Below are positions 25,188 through 36,189 of a DNA stretch of 64,000 nt, in pieces. Source of the DNA: Hyaloraphidium curvatum SAG 235-1 (Eukaryota > Fungi > Monoblepharomycota). Within the stretch, counting starts at the first letter, position 1. Each line of letters begins with the position of its first letter. The stretch covers positions 372,001-436,000 of the forward strand of contig JAIVFI010000028.1 in the NCBI GenBank assembly GCA_025558095.1. Reading direction: 5' to 3'. Both the position numbers and the translations under genes were made by a program. The notes under the pieces are model-generated. The model was not told where the DNA came from and ran no database searches. It saw only the letters and a list, made by a program, of their open reading frames with translations.

Positions 25188-26684
25188 TCAAGTGGGCGCC
25201 CTGCACGCCAAGTCCATGGTCAAGCCCACGCCTGCGGCCCGCAGCAGCGTCCATAGGCCCGCCAACACCGTGAAACCCCCGACCAGCAGCCCCCTGAGAG
25301 ACCCGAACGTCACGTGGGCCCCGAAGAACCTCGCCCTGGCTTCCTCCTGCCCCGCGAACAAGTTGAGCATCCCCACGTGCGCCGCGAGCAACCCGCGGAG
25401 CTGCTCCCGCCCGGCAGGAAGTGAGGCGGAAAGCACGAGGAGCTCCTGCGCAGCAGTGCGGTACTGTGCAGCAGCGCGCTCGGGCTGCTGGTTGCGGGCG
25501 GCGACGCCAACGGCGGCCAGGCCGAGCATCCAGAGGCAGAAGGCGGCTCCGGCTACGTAGGTTGCCGGGATGCAGGATCCGGCGGCGGCACAGATGATGG
25601 CGGCGAGCGCTTCCGTTCCAAGGGCGGAGAGCTCGACCCGGTTCGCTGCGGAAAGCTCGGAAGCGCCGGTGCGCCAAGCAGCCTGGAGCTGGCCGTGCAA
25701 AGAGACGTAGGGTTCCTGGTCTATGCGGGGGAGGACCGGTTCATATTCAGGATCCACAGAGGCGGTGGAGACCATGCGGGAATGCAGGTCCGCCAGGGCG
25801 AGGTTGACAACACGATGCCGGAGGCGGAGCTCGATATCGAGGGCACTGATGTTAAGGATGCCCCCGGTTCCGGGCACCTGCGCCTCTAGAAGCACAAAGA
25901 TCACGACCACGCAGACCGCGCACAGGGCTGTCGACCAGGCAGAATCCCACACTGATGGAGCTAGAGTGACTGCAGGTGTCCAGATCACCGAGATAAAGTA
26001 GGCAAATGTGACCAGGGGAAAGCCGATGGCCAGGAGCCCTAAAACAGAAGTCCGGCTCCGCAGGAGCAGACCGCGAGTGCAGACCGGGCACGGGCAGAGA
26101 TCGTCCCCTGGGTCATGGTCGAGCAAGGCTCCTGCGTCCCCGGCAGAGCTCTCCGGGTCGTCCTTGGTACCATCCCGGCCGCGATCCAGTCTTGCCAGCT
26201 GCACGTAACGTGCCAGCCCCGCAAATGGATGGGCGTCGATTGTCTTCTCCTCGCCGTGCCCCGCCTCGTCCCCGTCCCGCACGGCCCACATGCGCATGCC
26301 GGTAGTGAACATAGGCAGAGTCCAGCCGGCCGTCCTGATTATGTGCGCGGCTTGGGCTGCGGCCAGGTTCCGGGTGCCGAACAGCGACAGGCCATAGACC
26401 CACAGGAATGCGAACAAAGTCAGCTGAAAAGCGTCGTACGCCAGCCGTACGGCCAGGCGCCCGTTCACGCCGCGAAGCACCTCGGCGACTGCCAACAGCG
26501 TGCCAAGCGGGGGAACCACGTCTAACGCGGCGCGGAGCGCGCGAATCGTCAGCGGCCGGGCAACGCGTCCTGCTTCGGCCGCCTCCTTTTCGGCGCTTGA
26601 GGCGCAGAGCCACGGCGCCGCGTCGGGCACGCGCTGTCCGGGAGCCGGGAAGAGCGCGAGCTGCCCCGCCGGCGAGAACACCAT
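25188..26684 (-). CDS. Intronless multi-pass membrane protein (about 500 aa), possible 7TM ion channel/gustatory receptor-like fold
   Basis: About 6-7 hydrophobic helices; C-terminal ARFFGAHVTFGSLRGLLVGGFTVLAGLWTLL; open and CpG-rich unlike its neighbours. Confidence 0.6.
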   Translation of the reverse strand: MVFSPAGQLALFPAPGQRVPDAAPWLCASSAEKEAAEAGRVARPLTIRALRAALDVVPPLGTLLAVAEVLRGVNGRLAVRLAYDAFQLTLFAFLWVYGLSLFGTRNLAAAQAAHIIRTAGWTLPMFTTGMRMWAVRDGDEAGHGEEKTIDAHPFAGLARYVQLARLDRGRDGTKDDPESSAGDAGALLDHDPGDDLCPCPVCTRGLLLRSRTSVLGLLAIGFPLVTFAYFISVIWTPAVTLAPSVWDSAWSTALCAVCVVVIFVLLEAQVPGTGGILNISALDIELRLRHRVVNLALADLHSRMVSTASVDPEYEPVLPRIDQEPYVSLHGQLQAAWRTGASELSAANRVELSALGTEALAAIICAAAGSCIPATYVAGAAFCLWMLGLAAVGVAARNQQPERAAAQYRTAAQELLVLSASLPAGREQLRGLLAAHVGMLNLFAGQEEARARFFGAHVTFGSLRGLLVGGFTVLAGLWTLLRAAGVGLTMDLACRAPT

Positions 26685-27080
26685 CGCCTCTGTCTGCCGC
26701 GGCAGTGGATGCACCCGCGGGCCAGACTCCCCAGCAACGTTTCAACCTTTTCCATCTTTCGGAAGGTCCTTTGATTGAACAGGAAGAACAATGTCTAAGC
26801 AAGAAGCTGAACCCCATGCTCAATGTGCTGAAGTCGCTGGCCGAACACGGGGCCGCGACCGCGCAAGAGCGTGCCGAGCTCCTCCAACTGGGCCGCTCCA
26901 TCGCCGAACACTGCAAGACGAGCCAGGGAACGATCCTGGCGGACCAGATGCTGACTTGGGAAGGCGCGGCGCTTGGTGGGAAGCTTGCCGACAAGGCACG
27001 GCTCAAAAGACTCGATCGCAGGGAGGCGGCAAAGGCGGGAATCGTATGCGGGTGAAGTGACGTATCGACGCATCACCTCG

Positions 27081-27635
27081 CTACACCATGCCCGCCGCCT
27101 CTTCCAAAGCCCGGAGCGCGGTTGACGGCAGGACGGATCCGTCCTCTGACCGGAACTTGGACATCACTCGCTTGCCTGCAAGAAGCTTCTTGCGAGCTCT
27201 GAGCATGGCGACAGCGGTGACGCGCGTCTGCGGCACGTCGATCGGCCCGTCCGCCGGCCGCCGATACTCTTTTTGTTTGGCTGTGGTGTGCTGGAGCGCC
27301 CGGGCGGTCTCCGCGTACGCTTGCGACGCATGGGCGTGCCCCTGTGATCGCTGAAGGAGCTCCGCTGCCCACGTGGCGCACAGGTCACGAAGGTCCGTCG
27401 AGCACAACGGCACCTGTACGAAGCGATGAAAGACGTCCTGGAGGTACTTTGTGAGCGGCGCTTGGGTGAACAGTTGTTGGTGCTACGTTTCGAACAGGTA
27501 TGTCCCCGGGAGGTACCGCAACGCAAAGGTCAACACCTGCTTGATGTGGGGACTTTCCAACGGGATCGTCTGCCTTCCGTGGTACGCCACGTTCTTGCCC
27601 GAGTGACGAATAAGGGTTGGAATGTGTTGAAATAG
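27081..27635 (-). pseudogene. Tyrosine recombinase/integrase catalytic-domain remnant
   Basis: One frame reads HSGKNVAYHGRQTIPL...YLFET*HQQLF...LTKYLQDVF...STDLRDLCATW...ARALQHTTAKQKEY, with a single TAG at 27483-27485; K...xxLR...H...Y pattern. Confidence 0.6.
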
Positions 27636-27728
27636 ACCTCTACTGCCCACAAATAAAAAACCGGCATACAGACGGATCCTTGCTCCCCTTTGTCGTCGTT
27701 GCTGGGTCGGTTTCATGGCAGAACCACG

Positions 27729-27847
27729 CTGCCCTGGACGTTGCCCTGGACACTTCCAAATGTCGTGATCGGCTTGAGACCTCGAGAAGTCTGGCTGCCA
27801 TGCTGCCTTTGAAGTTGCCCTGGACGTTGCCCTGGGCGCTTCCAAAC
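27729..27847 (+). repeat. Short duplicated unit built from GCCCTGGACGTT repeats
   Basis: TGCCCTGGACGTTGCCCTGG(A/G)C(A/G)CTTCCAAA occurs at about 27730 and 27816. Confidence 0.75.
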
Positions 27848-28161
27848 TGACGCCAGTGACGCGTCCCCAAGCCCGTCTGCCCGCCCTTGAGCCGAGGTCC
27901 ACGCCGCATGTATCGATGACCGGTTTATGACCTGCTTCCACTGGATGGCATTCGCACGGGAACTGGGCATGGGCCACCACTTGCTTCAGCCAACGAGGTT
28001 CGAACGGGAGCCTAGTTACAAACAGCGGGCTGGTGCTGTACAGGTGCGTCGGCCCCATAACTCGACTTGACCGCACTGCGAAGATCCGGGCCAAGCTGGG
28101 CCTAATTCGGCTCTAGCCGGACGCGCAGTTGCGTGTCGCTGACCCCTTTCACCGCCAGCGG

Positions 28162-28409
28162 CTAGAATAGAATAGTATTGGTGACCCGGACCTGCCCCTG
28201 GCTTGGCCGCTGTTACACCATGAGTTTGCTGCTAATTGCAAAGTTCATCGTGGTCGTGTGTCTTTTTCATTTTCCCAGTTTTCCTGTCCTTCATGGACTT
28301 TGAGATGAAGCTGGCAATGGAGTTGAGGGCCTTCTCCTTCTGCCGCCTTGCTTTGATTGTGGGCTCGAACTCCTTGATGCTAAGAGCCCAGAGCCAGGTC
28401 TCCATGTTC
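28162..28409 (-). mobile_element. Non-LTR retrotransposon 3' end (copy B) with (CTATT)n tail
   Basis: Near-identical to 29710-29950; tail reads TACTATTCTATTCTAG on the minus strand. Confidence 0.85.
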
Positions 28410-28878
28410 AACCTCGTGCGACCAGCTGCAAAGGAGAACAAGCCGCACTGCAAGCCCGTGCCGTGCGACTTCCACTTCCTCGCAATAATGCGAAACCTCT
28501 ACGACGAGCCCTGGGTCAAGGAGGCAATGCAAGAGTACGAGCAACTTCAAGCTGGATCCGACAAGTGCAACCGGCTCATCCAGATCATGGCAGCGGCGAA
28601 CAAGGTCGCGAAGAAGAAGTACGACAAGGTCAGCGTACACGAAGAGGCGGACAAGTTCCTCAACGGCTTTGCGGACTCGGCAGAGAGGGCCGAGATCGAT
28701 CGGAAGCTGTATCGCCGAGCTGCGATCCCTCATGGAGAACGACGAGTGGAAGAAGGAGTACCAGGGGAAGACGCCGGAGCTGGAGAAGGAGCGGAAGAAG
28801 TTGGAGAAGAGGATGCGGAGGGTTGCTGAGCGAGAGAACTCCAAGCTGCTAGAGCGACTCTTCAGGAACTGCACGGTT
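28410..28878 (+). mobile_element. Possible Mutator-like (MULE) transposase fragment
   Basis: AAKENKPHCKPVPCDFHFLAIMRNL resembles the MULE CxxH motif region; frameshifted; adjacent to a repeat-rich terminus. Confidence 0.35.
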
Positions 28879-29015
28879 CATTTGCGCGCTCGGAAAAGCC
28901 TGGGGGTGACCGGGTTTTTGGAGGCTTCTGGGCGCGACTGATTTTGCATGGGCACAACCGGATTTACTGGGCGTGACCGGTTAATCCTGGGCTATTCTAT
29001 TCTATTCTATTCTAT
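28879..29015. repeat. Solo terminus related to the 33078-33396 MITE, followed by a (CTATT)n run
   Basis: ATTTGCGCG followed by TGGG(C/G)G(T/C)GAC units, similar to the reverse complement of 33270-33396. Confidence 0.7.
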
Positions 29016-29016
29016 C

Positions 29017-29470
29017 CACATCACTGAAATGCCCATGTTTGGAGGCACCCACATCAAGGCCTGCGGTGACTTTTACCAGCTACCGCCCGTGGGGGCCACC
29101 TCATTGGCCAAAGCGGCACCTGCAGAGCAAGGGAAATCGCTCGCCCTGGTTCAGGGCCGTCTTCTGTGGGTGTCCTTCTTTGCAGATTGCACAGCTCTGC
29201 GGCAGAATTGCCGGTCACAGGATCCCAGACTCACGGGCCTTCTGGAAGCCATGCCCACTGTCCCAAAACCGGGAGCCACGAGAAACAACGTGACTGACCA
29301 CCAAGTTGACCTTGTCAATGGCCAAGCACTTGGGCTCGCAAGATACCCTGCCCCGCATCCGCGAGAAGGAAGACTGATACGCGTGTCAGACGAACGTTAT
29401 TACCGTGACTTCAGCGTGCTCACGTACACCAACCTTGCCAAGGAGGCGTTTGCCATGGACGGAGTGTTTG
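29017..29470 (+). mobile_element. Pif1-family helicase fragment, probably Helitron-derived
   Basis: PMFGGTHIKACGDFYQLPPVG matches the Pif1/Helitron FGG...GDFxQLPPV motif; later LRQNCRSQD and TYTN. Confidence 0.7.
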
Positions 29471-29699
29471 CATTTGTGACATTGCTTGATGGTGTTCCTG
29501 GTCAAAGCTATGGACAAGCCCTACGAAGACCACCCGGCGTTCACTCCCGTGGAAGAGCTCCGCCTTCTTGCAGTGTCGGATTGTCGGATGGTGATCTTGG
29601 CTACCACTTGGTTTTTTTGCCTTTGGGTTGCCTTTGGTGATTGGGCATCGGTATTTCCTGCGTGCCAATTTGGCCACCTCTGTGGGGGCCACCAATGAA

Positions 29700-32600
29700 G
29701 AATAGTAGAAGAATAGTATTGGTGACCCGGACCTGCCCCTGGCTTGGCCGCTGTTACACCATGAGTTTGCTGCTAATTGCAAAGTTCATCGTCGTCGTGT
29801 GTCTTTTTCATTTTCCCAGTTTTCCTGTCCTTCATGGACTTTGAGATGAAGCTGGCAATGGAGTTGAGGGCCTTCTCCTTCTGCCGCCTCGCTTTGATCG
29901 TGGGCTCGAACTCCTTGATGCTAAGAGCCCAGAGCCAGGTCTCCATGTTCCACTCGCGGCCTAGTGCTTCCAATCTAGTCTGCAGCTTCTGGCGACGCTC
30001 CGCATTTGCTGAACAGTGAAACAGAAAGTGTTGTTCGTCTCCAATGTGCTCAGGGTCATGCTTGCACGTTCTCTGCTGCACCTCAAGTCCTTGGTGCCTG
30101 CCTGTCTCCACCTCCAGGTCGTGGGTAGAGCACAGCAACTTTTGGACATCCCTCCGGTGCTTCTCCACCCGGATCAGGGATGGTCTGATGTGGCCAAAGG
30201 TCATGTCACACATCCTCCAAAAGTGCAGTTTGTCGTTGTCCTTGAGCCTCTGGGCATTGACCTCCCTGAACTTGCCCTTCACAAGATTCTCCACAGTCTC
30301 CTTGGGCCATGAGAAAGTGTCCTTCTCCCACATCTCCTTCCCATCTTCGCCGCCATAGTATACAAGTAGTTCCCTCAGGAAGGCAGCCCAGTTCCAGGAC
30401 CCCTTCAGTGCCTCGATCTTGAGCTCTTTGTAAAGTAGGTACAGCGCAGGATCCGCTGTTTTGATGTGCATGAGGAACTTGAGTGCCGACTCGTGGTCAT
30501 GAACTGCAAGGGGGTACTGGCCAGTGATCGCATACAGACAGGCCAGGGAGGTAGACTTGGGCAGATGAGTGACGGCACGAAGAGCCATGCATGTCACTTT
30601 GTCCCTACAGTCCGGTGCGGGGTACTTGGGCGGGAAATTTACAAACAAAGCTTCGACTCGTTCCCCACACACCAATTACACGGTTTCGCCTAGAAATCCT
30701 GCCGGGACGCGTACAATAGAGCCTCCTCCACGGCACTGGGCATGGGATTGCGCCCAGCCTGGATTTCCGCCCAGGCGTCGGCGTTCATTGCCAACGCCAG
30801 AGCGACCTCCGCGTCGAACTCCTCGTCCAGCGCTTCCTGAACCGTCACAGCCAATTCGTCGTTGTTATCCTCATCGTCCTCGTCCGTGATGGGCCGGACA
30901 GCGTCCCCGGAATCGTCGTCGTCGCTCTCGAGCTCGTTGTCGATGACCATCTGCGCGGTCCGGAAAGAGCGACTGCGAGGCTCCGGAGGCACCGGGGATG
31001 CCTCCTCTTCCTCGTCCTCGTCGACGTGAATGACCATGGTCGCGTCCTGGCGGCGGTATTTGTCCTCCTCCTTCTCAGCATGGATGACAAGCTTCTCCCA
31101 CGCGGCGGCGTCCACCAGAGCAAACCCCTCCTCCAGAAGGACCTTGACGTCAGTGAACTTGCGCGAATCGTTGTTCTCAGCAACGTGGTTCTTTGCACGG
31201 GCCCATGCAAGCTCGATGGGGTTGAGTTTGGGGTGATATGGGGGGAGGAAGTGGAGGTAGATGTCGAACTCTAGCGCCAGCTTGTCAATGAAGCGTTCCG
31301 GCTGGTATCCGAGCTCCTGTAGCAGCTTGCGAAGCTCCTTGACGGAAAAGCCGCCTCCGGCCTTCGTTTTGCGCGCCGTGAGCTGCTCCATTGTGTACCA
31401 AGTGGTGCCCATGTCCACAATAGTCTTGGCGAGATCTGCCTTCTTGGTCAGCTGCGAAATGCGTTTCTGACCATCCACAGGTGCAATATGATACGCAGCG
31501 TTGTCCATGTGAACGTGGATCTCCCCTTCCAGGTTCTTTTCGCGCATCTTTTTGAATGCACCCCTCGCCCACTCCTCAAAGTGCCTCGCATTCATGGATC
31601 CGTGGTAGTCTGCCAGCTTGTGATCACCCTGGAACACTTTGGGAGGCTCGAGCCATCCGTATCTCGATCCGCAGCCGATGATGCACCACCGCTTTCCGTA
31701 CCCGTCCGGGTGGGGAAGTTCGTCGCCGGGACGATACCAGGTGAAGTTGCTGACGTGATTCTGATGAACGTACGATTCATCGAGCCAGTACTGGGGTGCA
31801 GATTCAGCAGGAGCTCAGAACAGCATGGAGGGGGGGACTTACCGAGATGACTTTCTTGTCCGACTCCTTCTCCACCTTTCTGATCCGATACCGCTCTCGC
31901 AGGTACTCATACCGCCGCGCATGGATGTTTGGAGTCATGACAACGACCTTGGCGAAGATCGTAGGACAGCGGTTCTCCAGGCTTCCTGTTGAGATCTGCC
32001 GGGATTCCAAGCATCCTGAGGTTCTCCTCAGTGGTCAGAGTCCTCCCAAAGCGGAGCAGGCCCGGCAATCGCTGTGGACAGTAGCTCTTTGCGTGGCCTT
32101 TGCCGCAGCAATGGTCGCAAGTGATCCGCTGGGGGCACGTCGTGATGTAATGTCCTTCCTGCGTACAGTGGCGGCACCGACGCTCCCCAGAGCCAGGAAC
32201 ATCCTTGTAGCCGTCCACCTCGCGCTGGGATGCCGCGCGGGGCGTCCTGCGGCCCTCGGCCTGGTTGTGCCCGCCAGGGGTGTTCTCGGCGCCCCGAGCG
32301 CGCCTCTGCTCAACAAAAGCTGCTCCATCTTCCATGGCAAGCCCATCGGCGGTCTTGCGTCGCTTCGCGACCGGTGATTCGCGGATGGCGGTCGTGGCGC
32401 TGGTCGAGGTAGTCGAGCTGTCCCCCAGGGAGAACCTTCCGCGGCCATCCCGGGCACGGTCGGCCCCGCCGAGCATGCCAAAGACAGCTAGGAGGACGAT
32501 TAGGACGATCCCGCCGGCCAGAAGTGGGCCCAACCAGCCGCGACTCTCGGCCATGGCGGCGATGGAGTGTCTCCAATTGCGGCCATTCTGGGGGTAGAGG

Positions 32601-33066
32601 GCGGTGGGCTAAGGCCAGGGACCCCGCGGGATTGACTATTTGTTAGGGGAACTGGGTCCTGGCCGATTTTCAGGCCTTAGCTGTGGTTAAATTTCCCTAA
32701 GCCCGAATCTAACTTCAACTCGGCGACCCACGCCAAAATGCTTCCCACCACAGATAAGGGCCAAAAATCCCGGAAAAGCAGGGCACTGCCTACATCTTGC
32801 AGCTCACGAAACGGCAAATTCATGGCATTCAAATTGTGTGTGGGGTGGCGAGTTGAAGCTCCCGCTCATCTTTGTAATTCAGTACTGTAGTGCTTTCCCC
32901 GGCAAGGTACTCCTCCTTCGGCATCTCAACAATGAACGGGTTCCCATATTGGCCCACTGCCTTGACCTTTGTGTTGTAGAGCTTGAGCTGGAGGTCAGGA
33001 CTCATCCCAGGCTGCTCCCTGATGTCACGGAGCCAGAGCCCATAAGCAGCATTCATCTTGGCCTCT
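29700..33066 (-). mobile_element. Non-LTR retrotransposon 3' half (copy C), interrupted at 30607/32888 by a DNA transposon
   Basis: Segments 32888-33066 and 29700-30607 rejoin as GGGGAAAGCAC-TA-GGGACAAAGTG, matching copy A at about 23700; C-terminal RTCKHDPEHIGDEQHFLFHC zinc-knuckle-like motif. Confidence 0.85.
30608..32887 (-). mobile_element. IS630-Tc1-mariner DNA transposon, Sailor-like DD96E, 2280 bp, TA target-site duplication
   Basis: TA|CAGT...ACTG|TA ends; subterminal inverted repeat 30649-30676 vs 32832-32860; transposase LDESY / MDNAAYH / LPPYHPKLNPIE with intron 31791-31842 and a frameshift near 31950. Confidence 0.88.
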
Positions 33067-33077
33067 CTAGAAAAATC

Positions 33078-33396
33078 ATTTACGCAACCGAAAAGTCCTG
33101 GGCGCGACCGGCTACAGCCGTTTTGCTCCTGTGCGTGACCCGCTATTTCCCTTGCGCGACTTTTGCCTCATGGGCGTGACCGGAAAATTGAAAGTGATCA
33201 TTGAGTCCCGCCGCGCGCTTTTATCAGGGGCTGGGGAGCGTTTCCGATTATGTGGGGACGGTCACGGGCTATGGGGCCGGTCGCGCCCAGGAATACAGGG
33301 TCACGCCCAGGAATGCCGGTCACGCCCATGAGCTACCGGTCACGCCCAAAATCCGAAAAAGACCGGTCACCCCCAGTAAATTAAGGGCGCGTAAAT
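33078..33396. mobile_element. MITE/foldback-like non-autonomous element
   Basis: Terminal IR ATTTACGC / GCGTAAAT; left arm has TGGGCGTGACC-like units, right arm has about six inverted GGTCACGCCCA units at about 20-nt spacing; no ORF. Confidence 0.75.
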
Positions 33397-33422
33397 AGGG
33401 AATGCCTCTTCAGGCGAGAGCC

Positions 33423-34805
33423 TAAGGGGTACTACCAGCTGCTTGGAAAGGCTCACGCAAGGCGCAAGGGCACCCCGTGCCCTTTGCAGAGCTGGTGCGC
33501 CACATGGAGATGGTCGCCAGCGCCGAGTACGTGACCAAGATCAAGGAGGATCCAAGGCTCACGTTTCCACCACTTCCCAAGGCCACGATCACGCCTTCTG
33601 GAGACCTGCTGCGCCCCATCACCCTCAAGGAGCTGGAGAGGGTCTTGAAGAAGGCCCCCAACGGCAAGGCAAAGGACGAGGATGGGATCCGGCTCGAGTT
33701 CGTCAAGTACGGGACTGCAGTACTGAAGCAAGCTGTTGTCAACCTCCTCAACGACGTGCTCAATGGCATCAAGATGGATGACTGGGGCCAGACACTGCTG
33801 GTGATGCTGCACAAGAAGGGGCCCAAGAACGTGGCTGGCAACTACCGAGGCATCAGCATAGAGAGGATGCTGGAGAAGGTCAACAGAAGGTCTTCTCCCT
33901 GGTCTGGAACGCTCGGCTAGCTCCCTGGGCTGAGTGCAACAAGCTGCTGGAAGGCTCGCAGTTTGGATTCCTTCCGTGCACGGAGATCGACCCTTCATGC
34001 AGTGTTCCTTGCCGAGGCACTCTTCTCCCTGGCCAAGGCACGCAAGGAGAAGCTGATCATGGTGTTTGTAGATTTCACAAAGGCTTTTGACACGGTGGAG
34101 CGCCCCAGGTTATGGCAGAAGCTGGAGGAGATGGGTATACCCAAACAGGTTGTTGACATGTTCGAGATGGCGTTCGGGCGCGTGTGGGGACGGCTCCGGG
34201 ATGAAGACGGGACCAAGTCAGACTTCATCAAGTTCCTGACCGGAGTGAACCAGGGGGACCCTCTCTCGTCGCTGTTCTTCATCTTGTTCATCAACGACAT
34301 CACTGCTTTCATGGAGGCCAATGGTGCAAAGGGGATGGATCTGGGCATGGTGTCTGAGGAGGAAGAGGATCAGGAGAGGATGGTCAGCTTGCTGGCTCTG
34401 TTCTTTGCAGACGACACCACTTTGATCTCGAAGACGGTGAAGGATTCGATGCCAAGATGCAGCTGGATCTTTTGTCTGCATATGCCAGTGCCAATGGGCT
34501 AGAGATCAACGTCAGCCGCAAGACAGAGTGGATGGCCAGGAAGAAACCTAACCGTGTAAAGCTCATGTACAGGGACCAGGAGCTGAAGAGGGTTGACAGC
34601 TTCAAGCTTCTGGGGTATCAGCTGACCTCAACCGGCCGGAGCAAGGACCATGCATACATGTGCATGGCAGAGAGGCCAAGATGAACGCTGCTTATGGGCT
34701 CTGGCTCCGTGACATCAGGGAGCAGCCTGGGATGAGTCCTGACCTCCAGCTCAAGCTCTACAACACAAAGGTCAAGGCAGTGGGCCAATATGGGAACCCG
34801 TTCAT
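33423..34805 (+). mobile_element. Non-LTR retrotransposon reverse transcriptase fragment (copy D), frameshifted
   Basis: NGKAKDEDGI, NYRGIS, FVDFTKAFDTV, GVNQGDPLSSLFF, FFADD, FKLLGY are canonical LINE RT blocks. Confidence 0.93.
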
Positions 34806-34886
34806 GCCTTTTGACTATAGATTTTGGTACAAAATCGAGTCAAAAGGTTGGGGAAAAAGTGCCTTTTGACTATAGATTTTGGTACA
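34805..34886. repeat. 27-bp direct repeat overlapping a hairpin
   Basis: TGCCTTTTGACTATAGATTTTGGTACA at 34805-34831 and 34860-34886; CCTTTTGACT/AGTCAAAAGG and GATTTTG/CAAAATC stems. Confidence 0.85.
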
Positions 34887-35844
34887 TCTACAACCGCGTG
34901 CTCCAAAGCGTCAAAGTAGCGTCTATGTCGGAAGAGGAACGCGCCGAACTTCGGGCACGGAATGCCGTTGCGAAGAACAAGTCTCGGCGTCGTGCACGGT
35001 CAGGTGCGTTGAGCGCGGCGTCACAGCACCCGTTGCCGCCGCTCACACGGTCGTTATCTACGCGCGCGAAGAGGACGTTTCTTTTGCCGTTGCAGAGTCG
35101 TGGCATGACGACGGATGTGTTAGTTCTGAATGTGGGGAAGGTTGGACACGGTCGTGCGCAGCCCCGCCGGGTGTTCTGATTGCGAATCGCGTCCAGCGCG
35201 TTCCGAAACCTTCGAGGTGGAAAAGACCAATCTCGGATCCGAGGCCTGCTCCCGGCACTGTGGGCGGACGCCGATTTGGGCGCAACGCGTTGCACCTTTT
35301 GACCCTCCCTTCCAGCGTCACCCACCAAACGCCGGGCCACGCAACCCACGGACGCGCCGATTGCGGGCACTACGTTGGGTGGGTTTGAGAGGCGCTTGAT
35401 GTGCAAGGGCAGATCATGATTGCTGTGCCTTGCAGGATCCACCAAGAAGCGTGTTCGGGTAGCGGGAGCGGCAAGTCCGGTGACCGTTGACCCGATCCTG
35501 GGTGCGTTGTCTGTTTGCGCGTGCCTTCCGGCCTCATTTTGCTTTCCGTCCCGCAGATCGCGATTGTTGCGGAAACGAAAGCGCGAGGGCCGGGGGCACA
35601 CGCGGTGTGGATCCTATGGACATTGACATCCCAATTGCAGGTTTGCCTCCGCACGTTCGGTCCCGCTTCGACCGTTGGTTTTATTTCTCTTCTTAGGTTC
35701 ATCTGGCACAAATCTCGAGCGCGACACGGCCGGCCGGACGGAGCCCGTCCCTTTTGCACCCGGCCGCGGCACTTCCGCGTTGGCAGGTGGCACCGGTTCG
35801 TGCCAGGCAGCTTAACTTCGTGGCAGTGATCTAACTGGCCGCGC

Positions 35845-36189
35845 TTGGCAGATTCGGCAGCCTCCTCAATGGACCCCCTTGTCGATCCCGCCTACTCAAC
35901 TACTCATGGGTTTGCTCGCGCTCGATTCGTCAAGACCGTACGGGACCTGTGCGACAGCGTCCGTGTCGACCCATGCAACGTTCCGCATGGGTTTGCTTGT
36001 CCTCCAGAGAACAATGAGGAACGAATGAAGTGCATGGAGGCTTGGTTGGATGCAGTCAGTGAGGAAGCTATGGAGCAGGCAGTCTGCGGGTCGTGTGCAC
36101 GTCTCTGCTTCAAACGTCATTCCACCACCGTCAACTACGTCTGTGGAGGGTCTGACTCTGGAAGTGGAAGTACTTTTCAGCAGAGCTGA
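35845..36189 (+). mobile_element. Possible Helitron N-terminal CxxC fragment
   Basis: FACPPE...MEAWLDAVSEEAMEQAVCGSCARLCF resembles the region preceding fungal Helitron Rep domains; weak. Confidence 0.3.

Noticed and set aside
29773-30675. 300-aa ORF as a standalone gene
   Set aside because: Its first codons come from the DNA transposon end; the rest is the LINE ORF C-terminus.
33078-33396. CRISPR-like array
   Set aside because: Units are only about 11 bp, degenerate, inverted between arms, with about 9-nt spacers; the context is eukaryotic and no cas genes are present.
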